Source of the DNA: Antedon mediterranea
Taxonomy: Eukaryota > Animalia > Echinodermata
Length of the DNA: 64,000 nucleotides
Assembly (NCBI RefSeq): GCF_964355755.1
Contig: NC_092675.1
Span: 28,430,912-28,494,911, forward strand
Reading direction: 5' to 3'
A model generated the notes under the pieces. It had not been told where the DNA came from. It saw only the letters and a list, made by a program, of their open reading frames with translations, and made no database searches. The first letter of the stretch is position 1. Every line of letters starts with the position of its first letter. The position numbers were made by a program, and so were the translations under genes. Below, one piece after another: positions 53,983-64,000 of this stretch.

Positions 53983-56320
53983 CAGTCGACTCCGCCTAAG
54001 TCGAATTCGCCTAAGTCGAAAAATCGCGAAAGTCGAATTTTTTGGAAAGTCCCAATTCTTTCCTATACATTACTGTGTAATTAGTTATCCGCACTTGGCG
54101 GATAACTCCTTGTGATTGTATAGGATCATCATTTTTTTTTTTTTTTCTGTATTATTCTTATTTCTTTCCTTCCATTTTTGTGTAGAGCGTTTCTCTAACA
54201 TGTGTAAACATAACATTTCATAACTTTGACAACATGTGGGCATTTATGTGAAGTTGTGCACCTCCTATTTTTGAATGACGTCAGAGTTGCGCAACGTGAC
54301 TTACGCGCGATTTTATAAATTTCGCGTATTTAACATAGGTCAAAAACCAAATAACATTTTGAATTGAAACTTTGCAGAAGTTTAATTTATATTGTGCGCT
54401 AACTTTCTGTGGAAAAAAAATTGCGAGTTTTACACAAATTTACGCGCGCACGCGCATTTAAAATTTGAAGATGCGAAAAAACTATTTCTAATCGAATTTC
54501 TACGCGTTTCATGTCATTTTGAGCATGTCAAAAATTCCCACGCGCCCGCAATTTTTTACGCGCGCGGTGGGCACGTAGCGTTAAAAACATCGCTTTTTTG
54601 AGTGATTTATGTTTTTCCAGCCTTTTCTAGTAATTTTACAAACTTTTAAACAATTTTGATTTAAAATGACGTTATACGAGCACGTAGAATTGAACAATTT
54701 GCACGGGTTTTTGATGAAAAAAATCAAAAATTCGTTAAAATTAAGCCTTTTTTTAAACAGTCGTAGTTTCTATACTAAACAATGAAAGTTATTTTTATTA
54801 CATATTCTGGAAGTTGATGAGTTGTAGATATCGGATCATGCATTAATATGGCTAACAGGACATTTTGATGTCATCGTAAGGCCACGCGAATATAAAATTT
54901 AGGATTTTTGTATCTTTCTTCATAGCTCATCACATTTAATAGAGCGCATCTACACTTATCCGTTTTCCATTTTAACCCCGATTTTGATATTGTCTAGGTC
55001 AATCAACTATCTTTCACATGAGTTAAAAATATTTTTATTTTTATGACGTCATCATGCCTAAAAATTTAAATTACGTGTGGCATAAATTTCATATTTACAG
55101 TAAAATTAAATCTGTTATAGCTCGTAAGAATGAAATGTGATAATCATGATTAAAACGTTTTCTGGAAGCTATTGAATTGTAGATACGAAATCATGTGAAC
55201 ATTTTGCTAATCGGATGTTGTGACGTCATCATATGGCCAGTTATATAAAAAAAGTCGTATTTTCATCTTTTGCGTTATAATTCATTACATTTAAAAGAGC
55301 GCGCATCAATATTTCACGTATTCAAATTTCTTGTACACGCTAATATGTTGTTGCTGAGATAATTTCCTTCCGAAATTGCTACCTTCGCGTTTCATTTTGA
55401 AACCGTCAGCATGTTAAAAATTGGAATAAATAGCGGGTCCCGTATTTTCCCCTATTCTACACTGTATGTGATTGTGATATGTATACAGATTATACTGTGT
55501 ATACTATATGACACAAAATAACAGAATTCAGCAATAACAACATAATCATATTCTTCAGTCCAGGTCATAATGCCATAATCTTTTTCCGTGTGCAATATTC
55601 CAACGCATGACGTGCTCGTGGCGTTTCTCGTGCGGATAACTAACTCGTCAAAGTGACGAGTTTCATGTCTAGTTTTTATTTGTAAGTCGAATTTTTCTAA
55701 GTCGAAATTCGTCTAAGTCGACGTCTTTTTGCGGTCCGAATACACACATTCTTTAGTGATTTATATCGTATAAGTCGAAGTCACAAATTACGCGGCAACA
55801 ACGCGCTAAAAAAGCCGATGAAACGTACGTAATTCGATAAACAAACAACAGAGGGGATAATGTGGGACCATATCGGTTCTCTCAAGCAGGTTGTATAGTA
55901 TAGGCGGCGTCCTACAACTCGCGCTAGTGTATAGTGTATGAGTTGTTTAAGCGTTGAGAACTTGAGCGGCGTTTTGTGGGTACCTATTTTGTGCTAGACA
56001 GATGGCAATAAACAATGGATACCGATTTCGAATAAGAACCGAAATGTATTTATTATACGTTTTTGTATTGTTTTGGGCTTAAACCATAAAAGAAAATACA
56101 GTTTATCATTGCCGATAAAGAGGCTTAGCATTTATTAGGCCTAGCTAGCTAGCTAAGCAAACTCAATTCAAGAAGGCTCATCGCGTGGGCCGCGATCGCG
56201 ACAGGGCAGGGTCCACTAGGCCTAGCCATAGCGCGGCTAGTGAGTGAGCCTAGGCCTAGCATTTTTTTGGCAAATCTGTAAGTCGAAGTTCGCGTAACTC
56301 GAATTTTTATACCGGTCCCA
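53983..56320. mobile_element. Tc1/pogo-like non-autonomous element, interrupted and right end truncated
   Basis: Starts TA|CAGTCGACTC with repeated TAAGTCGAA subterminal motifs. The pattern resumes at about 55680 after an insertion and again at about 56280. Confidence 0.65.
54081..55672 (+). mobile_element. Helentron-associated (HINE/DINE-1-like) non-autonomous element
   Basis: Subterminal inverted repeats TTAGTTATCCGCAC (54081-54094) and GTGCGGATAACTAA (55630-55643), a short 5' hairpin, a 3' stem-loop AACTCGTCA-AAG-TGACGAGTT, a CTAG end, insertion in a T run and no TSD. Confidence 0.75.
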
Positions 56321-56482
56321 TATTTTTATAATTTTTAATAATTTTATAATCCCTTCTTCTTTCATTTAGGAGAAAACTTCATTGCTGAAGGCTACTGTTC
56401 CACTGGCTCTAGATTGTGAAATTTCTGAATTGATAATAATTGTAATAAAAGATTTTTAAAAAATGCATTAACCACCACTAAC

Positions 56483-56679
56483 CTTTCACCAGACTCATTT
56501 GTCATAGGTGCTTTTGAAGGAAAGTCCTGGAATTGTGAAAGTTTTGATTTGGCTGCTGTTTGTTGCTGAACTCTGACCTCTGCGGCATCTGCTAAATGCA
56601 TCAGCGTTTTCCGTTCAGGACTTTCTTCAAAGTTTTTGCAGCCATAACACTTACAAGCTGACGAACACAGAATTTTGGC
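56483..56679 (-). CDS. LIN54: LIN54 coding exon 8
   Basis: [48 protein letters not shown], a highly conserved LIN54 segment. Phase 0 to 2. Confidence 0.95.
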
Positions 56680-56772
56680 CTGTAAGAAATCACATTAAAT
56701 TAAGATTTTTGTTCAATTGATATAATAAGGTGTGAACATGCATTATTTATATAAAGCAGACAGTAACATTCT

Positions 56773-56912
56773 ATCTCTGTCTGCAATATAAAAATGTATG
56801 TGGCAAAAAAATGTGATGCACCCATATATGGACATGATTATGTCATATCACTACCATATTTGGGCACATCACACTTGTTTTGTCAAACTAGTTTAATAGT
56901 GTAGACAGAGCT
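56773..56912. mobile_element. MITE family C
   Basis: Right TIR ATAGTGTAGACAGAGCT followed by TTA. Interior matches the other copies. Confidence 0.7.
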
Positions 56913-57150
56913 TTATGTAATGTGCTTCAAAGTTCTAAACATCATCAACATTTTTTTAATGAAATTTCACTTACAAAAATGGGCTAGAAATATCCAAATG
57001 CATGCAAATAGATTTAAAATAGGCAAATCGGTATAATTACGATTTAGTACACATAAGCGGAGATCAAAAGGACAAAAAATGAGAAATATAATAAGACTTA
57101 ATTGGTTCATTACTACAAAAAATAATGGTAAATAATTATGAAAAAGTTAC

Positions 57151-57391
57151 CTCATAACATTCACAATAGTTCTTGAGACATCCAGACCGTTTACAGTTGC
57201 ATCCTTTGTTATGGCGGCGTTCCCCTGCCGTGCCTCGTCCCTTCCCGATCTTCGGATGAAAAGCCTGGGGGTTCCTTTCAAGACATGAGCGGATTGCACG
57301 ACTTCTTTCATCTTCATGATCCAAATTATTCAAACAATTATTGCAGTTACAATTGCTACAAAATTCTCCATTCGCAAAACAATCGCAATAT
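57151..57391 (-). CDS. LIN54: LIN54 coding exon 7 (CXC-hinge-CXC)
   Basis: [11 protein letters not shown]...[14 protein letters not shown]...[21 protein letters not shown], the diagnostic tesmin/TSO1 CRC domain. Confidence 0.97.
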
Positions 57392-57936
57392 CTAGAAAGC
57401 AATTGGAACAGAGAATTATATATTTTACTATTGCACGCGACTAAAAACTGAAATTGGGGAGAACAGGGTGAACCTAAGTGAACTTAATCACTGTAGCTGA
57501 GCCGGTTGACACAACCCCAAATGAATAAAATGTTCATATACTGTATATATAAATCCAAAGGCAAATTACTGAAAAAAATGACAATCCTGTGGGTATCAGT
57601 GGCTGGATCTCAATGGAGATACAAAAATAAAAAGCGAAAAGCTAAATCAAAACGATAAAGTAAACAGCCAGAAAAGTTAGCAGAGCTTTCGGGCAACACT
57701 AGCCCTTCATCAGTGCAAGTGATACTGTCATCATCATTGTGATACATCAAATCAGAGGTGCTAATGTGTAGCTAGTGAGAATCAGACAAGCACATCATTA
57801 ATACAGTATACTATACTATATTTTACAGTACATTCTTTAATACAAGCAAATTCACTCTTACTTACCCATTTAAACTATGACGTACAGCTGAGATTGCTGT
57901 TGGTGCTTTGGTATATACTGTATATATATATATATA

Positions 57937-58580
57937 CAATATTCCAGTTTCATTGATGAAGGGCTAGTGTTGCCTGAAAGCTCTGCTAATTTTTCTGCAT
58001 ATTTTACTTTATTGTTTTGATTTAGCTTTTCGCTTTTGTTTTGTATCTCCATTGAGATCCAGCCACTGATACAGTATTGTCAGTATTTTGCCTTTGGATT
58101 TATATATATATATTATACAATATTCCAGTTTCATTGATGAAGGGCTAGTGTTGCCTGAAAGCTCTGCTAATTTTTCTGCATGTTTTACTTTATCGTTTTG
58201 ATTTAGCTTTTCACTTTTGTTTTGTATCTCCATTGAGATCCAGCCACTGATACAGTATTGTCAGTATTTTGCCTTTGGATTTATATATATATATTATACA
58301 ATATTCCAGTTTCATTGATGAAGGGCTAGTGTTGCCTGAAAGCTCTGCTAATTTTTTTGCATGTTTTACTTTATCGTTTTGATTTAGCTTTTCACTTTTG
58401 TTTTGTATCTCCATTGAGATCCAGCCACTGATACAGTATTGTCAGTATTTTGCCTTTGGATTTATATATATATATATATTATATAATATTCCAGTTTCAT
58501 AAATGGTGGGCTAGTGTTGCCCGAAAACTCTGCTAATTTTTCTGCATGTTTTACTTTATTGTTTTGATTTAGCTTTTTGC
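57937..58580. repeat. 181-bp tandem repeat, about 3.5 copies, in the intron after LIN54 coding exon 6
   Basis: Near-identical units. The repeated spurious ORFs at 58052, 58233 and 58414 are spaced exactly 181 bp apart. Confidence 0.92.
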
Positions 58581-58663
58581 ATATTTTATTATGTATATGA
58601 GATATCCACTAAAGTTAGCAGTAACTGTACACATGGAACCAACTTGCCTGGGTAAATAACTAA

Positions 58664-58802
58664 AGCTATGTCTACACTATCAAACTACTTTGACAAAAAA
58701 GTGTCATGGTACAGTAGCGATAGGCCGAAATATGGTAATGATATGACATCATCATGTCCATATATAGGCACATTACATTTTTTTGATAGTGTAAACAAGG
58801 CT
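58664..58802. mobile_element. MITE family C
   Basis: AGCTATGTCTACACTATCAAACT ... TTTGATAGTGTAAACAAGGCT. Confidence 0.75.
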
Positions 58803-58914
58803 AAAGAATTCAAGTTTTAAGAACGTACTTGAAAGAAACATATTGAAAGAACTTGGAAATGCATTGTTTTAGAGGAGGGCTGGTGATGTTTTCATAAAAT
58901 ATGAACATACTTAC

Positions 58915-58989
58915 AATTTTAAACACTGAGACCTTGTGCAGTTACATGGTTTTCTAGGCCTTGTTCCTGGAGGTTCTGGTTGACTGCCA
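58915..58989 (-). CDS. LIN54: LIN54 coding exon 6 (start of first CXC domain)
   Basis: Reads GSQPEPPGTRPRKPCNCTRSQCLKL. Canonical AG and GTAAGT, phase 2 to 2. Confidence 0.93.
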
Positions 58990-59390
58990 CTAGTGGATAT
59001 AACAGTAATGTTATCAGTTTAGTAAAACAATACAATAATTTGAATTGTGGTAGATGGTCTACCCACTTTACCGCAACTTTTACAATGTATGTAACAATTC
59101 AAGTGCATGCCTGTTTTTTAAAGACGAGCGAGTGAGATCACACTCCTAAACTACCCTTGAGGAGTGCGATTTACAACACTCTTAAATTTGGTAAACTTCT
59201 ACACACCAAAATACAAACAGCACACCTACAGCATCCCTGAATGTATTGAGGAGTCCAGTCATTGTGATACATCAAATCAGAGGTGCTAATGTGTAGCTAG
59301 TGAGAATCAGACAAGCACATCATTAATACAGTATACTATACTATATTTTACAGTACATTCTTTAATACAAGCAAATTCTCTCTTACTTAC

Positions 59391-59482
59391 CCATTTAAAC
59401 TATGACGTACAGCTGAGATTGCTGTTGGTGGTTTGGTTGAAATTGGAATATACGAAGCAGTATTTTGATTTTGCTGTCCAAC
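59391..59482 (-). CDS. LIN54: LIN54 coding exon 5
   Basis: Acceptor ttgttag|GTT. Reads VGQQNQNTASYIPIS...RHSLNG. Donor GTAAGT, phase 0 to 2. Confidence 0.8.
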
Positions 59483-59642
59483 CTAACAAGATATCAAATT
59501 ATATATTTAATTTGTAAAACATGTTTTTATTAAGGTACAAATATGGAAAATAACGTTTTAAATGCCTTGTGTCTTTGGTAGAGTAAATCAGGAATAGGTT
59601 CTCTATGGACCAAAGGCACAGAATGTAAAGCATCTTTCCTAA

Positions 59643-59990
59643 AGGGGCTTTCACACCTTTTCCGGCACGGTCCTGGTCCAACGTTGTCAAATCAAATGTC
59701 AATGTTTTCATACAGCTACAGTAGAACCTTCATTTTACGTACGGTATGGGACCGGAAGGCGTACGTAAAACAAGGGATTCGTAAAATCGAGGTTGACCTT
59801 AAATTGACCCCAAATACGTAGAGATCGTAGATATAAAGGCTACCGTGTTTGCCTACTTTACTGTACAGATTGCAGGTGGTCACTAGCTAGGCCTTGCCTA
59901 CTAGACTATTCGGGCCAGGCTGAAAACAAAACATTTATGTTCTATTTGATTTGGTTCCGGAACCGTGCCGGAACAGGTGTCACAGACCCT
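59643..59990. mobile_element. Older family B MITE with a nested Tc1/mariner-like fragment
   Basis: Both family B arms with TAA flanks. The insertion starts TA|CAGTAGAACC at 59719. Confidence 0.7.
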
Positions 59991-60171
59991 TAAAGGATAC
60001 AAGCAATACAGCACAGACAGGTCCCAAAAAAATGCAACTCCAAGGTTCCTTTATGAAGTTGGCAATTTGGACCATTTTAAGGCTACTATATCACAAATAA
60101 CATTTCACAAATAACATTTCACAATAGGGTTATGTTGTTTTTGTTGGCAAAAAAGTAAAGTATATACTTAC

Positions 60172-60369
60172 AGGAGCAATGTATTGTACAGGTAAAACTG
60201 TGATGTTCTGTGAAAGGTTATTTCCTGTTAAGAGTGTTCCTGCTGGAATGCTTAGTTTGCCAGACACCTGGCTAGTAGATGTGTTTGGTTGGATTTGAAC
60301 CGGCCTGTTTGGCATTATCATACGTTTGGCTGTTGTGGTAGAAGATGTGGATGCAGACCTTATGGCAAC
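60172..60369 (-). CDS. LIN54: LIN54 coding exon 4
   Basis: Acceptor ttcatag|GTT. Reads VAIRS...AKRMIMP...IPAGTLL...VLPVQYIAP. Donor GTAAGT, phase 0 to 0. Confidence 0.85.
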
Positions 60370-60426
60370 CTATGAAGAGAACACACCATCATTTACAAAC
60401 TATAAAACTACAAGAACCAAAACTTA

Positions 60427-60563
60427 AGCTCTGTCTACACTATCAAACTAGTTTGTGACCAAATGTAATATCCCCAAATATGGCAGTGATATCATATGAT
60501 CAAGTCCATATATGGGCACATCACATTTTTTGTCACATAAAGTTTGATAGTTTAGACAAAGCT
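60427..60563. mobile_element. MITE family C with TTA TSD
   Basis: TTA|AGCTCTGTCTACACTATCAAACT ... AGTTTGATAGTTTAGACAAAGCT|TTA. Confidence 0.85.
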
Positions 60564-60965
60564 TTATTTCTTCTAAACCAAGTACAAGCTACAAATATAT
60601 TCTTAAAATGCATTAGAATAATATGAAATACCACAAATTCTGCAACTACTGTTTATCTATTTGTAAAAATGCATCAATAAAAACTATTGATTTATCATTC
60701 TTTAGAAAGTATTTAACACTTTTTGTCCATACTGCACAGTTTATAATATATTCTTGAAGAAGTTGTAAGGTGTTCCACTAAGATTATGACCTATAAGATT
60801 TACACCTTTAAAAAAAATACTATTTAATATACAGTATAATCAAATTTTATTTGAACTACCTTTATGAGGTTGGTTCATCTGTCTAAAACGTCAAGGAAAT
60901 TTATTATATATAGCATAAAACCAGTACGTAAAATTGTTTGTGCTAGAGGCTGGCATTAGACTTAC

Positions 60966-61093
60966 TTGTGTGGCAGGTGCAATGGGGACCCCTTGCATTC
61001 TAAACTGCTGAGGCATAAGACTATTGTTTGATAAAATCACTTTATTCCTTGTTGCTTGTTGCTGGGGTGCTGCTTGTTGAATTATCTGCTTAC
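60966..61093 (-). CDS. LIN54: LIN54 coding exon 3
   Basis: Acceptor ttttttacag| and donor GTAAGT. Phase 1 to 0 keeps the frame (GKQIIQQAAPQQ...VPIAPATQ). Confidence 0.8.
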
Positions 61094-61584
61094 CTGTAAA
61101 AAATAAAAGCAATAATCTTCATCACTGCTATCAATATATCAATTATAAATAGCACTAACTATCTCCTCCTAAATCACACGACCATTGGTTTCCCTTTTCA
61201 AGCTTCAGCACCTTTTGATTCTCTTTTACCCTATGTCAGAATGATTTTAGACCTTTTTTTGCAATTAAAAAACCGCTAGATTGCTTATTGCTACATTTTT
61301 GTCCATTAAAACTTTTAGGATGACAAACTCCATCATTAATTATTCCACAAATAATACAATTATTATTATATGCTGCATTAAAAAAATTAATAATTATAAT
61401 ATTAACTAAAAAACCATTAAATTATAAACTTTTTTTTTTACCATATTTAATGAGGGTGATCCATCCAGCAATTGCTGATCATTAGGGACCCTCAGAGGTT
61501 CACAAGACAAACATACACAAGATGCTCTACATAAACAAAGTCTTATTACAAGTCTTTGGGAGTGGAGTTGTAATTTTGTCCTTA

Positions 61585-61670
61585 GAAAAAATCCTGACAT
61601 GTGACAGGACTTAAACCCAGGATCCTTGAAGTGGTAGACATGCATCATAACCACAAAGCCACAACTCCAC
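61585..61670 (-). mobile_element. Possible degenerate tRNA-derived SINE head
   Basis: A-box-like TGGCTTTGTGG and B-box-like GGGTTTAAGTCC followed by a T run. No intact cloverleaf. Confidence 0.3.
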
Positions 61671-61684
61671 TCCTAAGTTCTAAC

Positions 61685-61871
61685 CTGCAGTCGTTGAAAT
61701 TGAAGACGATGGTACAGTGACTAGACGAATGTATGGGAACTTGTTACCAGCCACTTGAATAGGTTGAAGATTGCTAGCGTTACTGAACGTCAATGATGTA
61801 CCGGCCTGTTGTAAACTTGCAATGCCAGACGCATTTTGCTGCAACACTAAGTTCGTTGATGGCACTGTGTT
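61685..61871 (-). CDS. LIN54: LIN54 coding exon 2
   Basis: Acceptor tttatgcag|AAC. Contains GNKFPYIRLVT, similar to the KFHYVRLV motif of LIN54 (recalled). Phase 0 to 1. Confidence 0.85.
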
Positions 61872-62083
61872 CTGCATAAAGAACAAAAGAAAAATCTTAT
61901 AGAATTTTTAAGCAAAAGTGTTTTATTGACAGTGGGTTTTGACAATTTCAAATCTTAACCATTTAATCTGGCAGTAATTATTCCATTCTTTGTGTTAGTT
62001 ATATGTTTAAGTTTTGAATCAATTTATATTTACAATATCTTTAACTAAATAAACCTCTGCAAAGATCACTACATTATACTTAC

Positions 62084-62782
62084 TATTCCACTTGCAATTA
62101 CAGTTGTAACAGAGGGGGTTGTCTTTGACGTTGTTACCAATCCTTTTATTATCACCTGCTGGGGTCGTGGCGGAGCTGGGGCTATTTTCTTTGGTGTTGT
62201 GACTGATGATTTCACAGGACTCTTAATTTGTGTAGAGCTGGAGGTGATGGTTTGACCAGCTATAAGTTTTGACATTGCACTACTTGATATTACAATGCTT
62301 TTGTTTAGTAGACTGCCCTGAGTGACTGTAATCACCTTTACCGGTGAACCTGGAGTCAATAATTTACCATCAACTGTTTGTAAAATTCCCGACGTTAACT
62401 TTGGTGTGGTACCAGCAACCGACACAATCTTATTTGTGGTAGGGTTTTTAGTAATGATTACTTTTGTGAGTACCTGATTCTGTCCAATTGATGGAGGGGG
62501 ACGTTTTAAAATAGCCTGAACGGCAGCTGACGTTGCAGTTGGATTTATACTTGATACGGTAACCACTGGCTTAGCAGGAGCTAACGATATGGGAATAACA
62601 TTTGTTTGTAAGTTTGGAGCTGATAGTACAATTGTCTGTCCTTTACTTGTAGTGATCACTTGACCAGTCTTTCCAGCTATACTGATAGTCTGGCCCTGCG
62701 AGGCAGCTGCAGCGATGGTTGTAATAGTCGCTGCTTCCATTTTGCTTTTGCTTTGACCACTGCCACTAGATGAGTCTTCCAT
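62084..62782 (-). CDS. LIN54: LIN54 (tesmin/CXC, MuvB/DREAM subunit) coding exon 1
   Basis: Low-complexity T/S/V/I/K/P N-terminus. ATG at 62782, upstream acceptor catag| at 62844, GTAAGT donor in phase 0. Confidence 0.8.
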
Positions 62783-63638
62783 GATATAATATCTTTTAAT
62801 TTAACGATTTGTGTTTCATTAAAAAAATTGACAGCAGTACATTCCTATGAGTACAAAGAAAATTGGAAATAAAGAATTTAAATGTTAAAAACAATGAGTT
62901 TGCATTCAGTATTGTGCAGTACAGTAGTGCAGTTACAATACCAAAAACTGGAAAAATTCAATTTAGGTACTGTACACTACATTTAATGGTTTTATATAAT
63001 AAGCACAAATAATTACTAAAGTCCCAGAGAAGGAGCAAATGTTTTTTTATACTACTAGTATTAACTTAGCAAAAAACAATAAGATAGAGAGGTAGAATAG
63101 TGTTTCTAATTAAAGCTGAAGTCTCATAAACCAAGAGTTGATGGAGAGTTTACCATCGCTCTATGTATGTCTGTATGTACAGTACTTATTGTGGACAAAA
63201 ACAAAGACTTTTTTTTGTTTTTTAGGATGACACAGCACTGCACACAGAATGTTAACTGCAAGTTTTTCAGCTGCTATGCTTATACGTGTTTTATAATTAA
63301 TATGTTTTTAAAATAATAACCATTTAGGCCTAAATTTCTTTAATTGTTTAATGTGTGCATACATTTTTTCTAGGCCTAGGCAAGGTCCTACACCACCTAC
63401 ACAACCACGACCGAGCTGTGTGGAATGACACACCGAAACCCGTGTTGACAATATCCGCGATCGGGAGGGTTTATATCGTGCCTCAGTTTCACACATATTT
63501 TTACATTTTGTATTAAAATAAAACACACAAACACATAATGTATAAATACCTCAATAGCTATATGTCTTACCTAAAGTATATTTTATATAAAATCGTTCTT
63601 TGGAAGGGAGTTTTGGGCTGATGATTTGGTGAAATTTG

Positions 63639-63654
63639 TTCAAAATCACGCGCC
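63639..63654 (-). promoter_or_regulatory. CDE/CHR tandem element in the LIN54-COPS4 bidirectional promoter
   Basis: The minus strand reads GGCGCG-TGAT-TTTGAA: a GC-rich CDE/E2F-like core, a 4-nt spacer and a consensus CHR. It lies just upstream of a candidate LIN54 5'UTR donor (TAG|GTAAGA at 63571/63570). Confidence 0.65.
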
Positions 63655-63892
63655 CACCATTACTATCCCATAATGAAAATTGTGCCACCAGAAAAAAAGT
63701 CAGGCTTGACACTAAATACTATAAAATATTTTATGATTTAAAAAAAATACGTATATACATTTGTTAAAATATTAATAATAATTTATTATCAATAAAGTAT
63801 TTCAAATCTATTTTTAACAATTTAAGTATTTTAAAAAGCTAAATTTATCTCGGTATGTAGCGGTAAACTGATTTCTGTCTCTCCAATTCAAA

Positions 63893-63966
63893 ATGGCTGC
63901 GTCCGTACGACAACAACTTTCTACTTTACTAGCGTCTTCTGGATCGCCTAAAGACCTCGCAGACAA
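63893..63966 (+). CDS. COPS4: COP9 signalosome subunit 4, coding exon 1 (gene continues beyond the window)
   Basis: Reads MAASVRQQLSTLLASSGSPKDLADK followed by a GTAATT donor. Closely matches the vertebrate CSN4 N-terminus [25 protein letters not shown] (recalled). Good Kozak context (AAAATGG). Confidence 0.88.
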
Positions 63967-64000
63967 GTAATTTTGTATTAACTGTTATATTATTACCTTT

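Noticed and set aside
57870-58414. Three near-identical small ORFs (MEIQNKSEKLNQ...)
   Set aside because: By-products of the 181-bp tandem repeat inside a LIN54 intron, not a peptide gene array.
61585-61670. tRNA gene
   Set aside because: Only degenerate A and B boxes with no cloverleaf; at most a SINE remnant.

Overview
AT-rich animal genomic DNA with GT-AG introns and many non-autonomous transposons. It is probably an invertebrate deuterostome such as an echinoderm, inferred from gene content only. Three host genes can be reconstructed with phase-consistent splice junctions. (1) A 3-exon BMP3/GDF10-like TGF-beta ligand on + (16998..46716, about 476 aa, 27.7-kb first intron). (2) LIN54 on - (9 coding exons, 62782..53087, about 669 aa). 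(3) The first coding exon of COPS4 on + (63893..63966), head-to-head with LIN54. The most unusual object lies in BMP3 intron 1: a young, structurally intact 4.04-kb BEL/Pao LTR element (503-bp LTRs that read as identical, ACAGT target-site duplication). It has no pol. Its single 1014-aa ORF fuses Gag in frame to a long coiled coil carrying an AKAP9-like motif (AELDETYGQQIV) and ends in a hydrophobic tail, so it looks like a gag-host gene capture. Other points: a CDE/CHR element at the LIN54 promoter, end-to-end MITE arrays, a Helentron-like element nested in a Tc1/pogo-like element, a duplicated LIN54 exon end inside an inverted repeat, and strong region-specific enrichment of TAGGCCTA. Homology calls rest on recalled family motifs; no database search was run.
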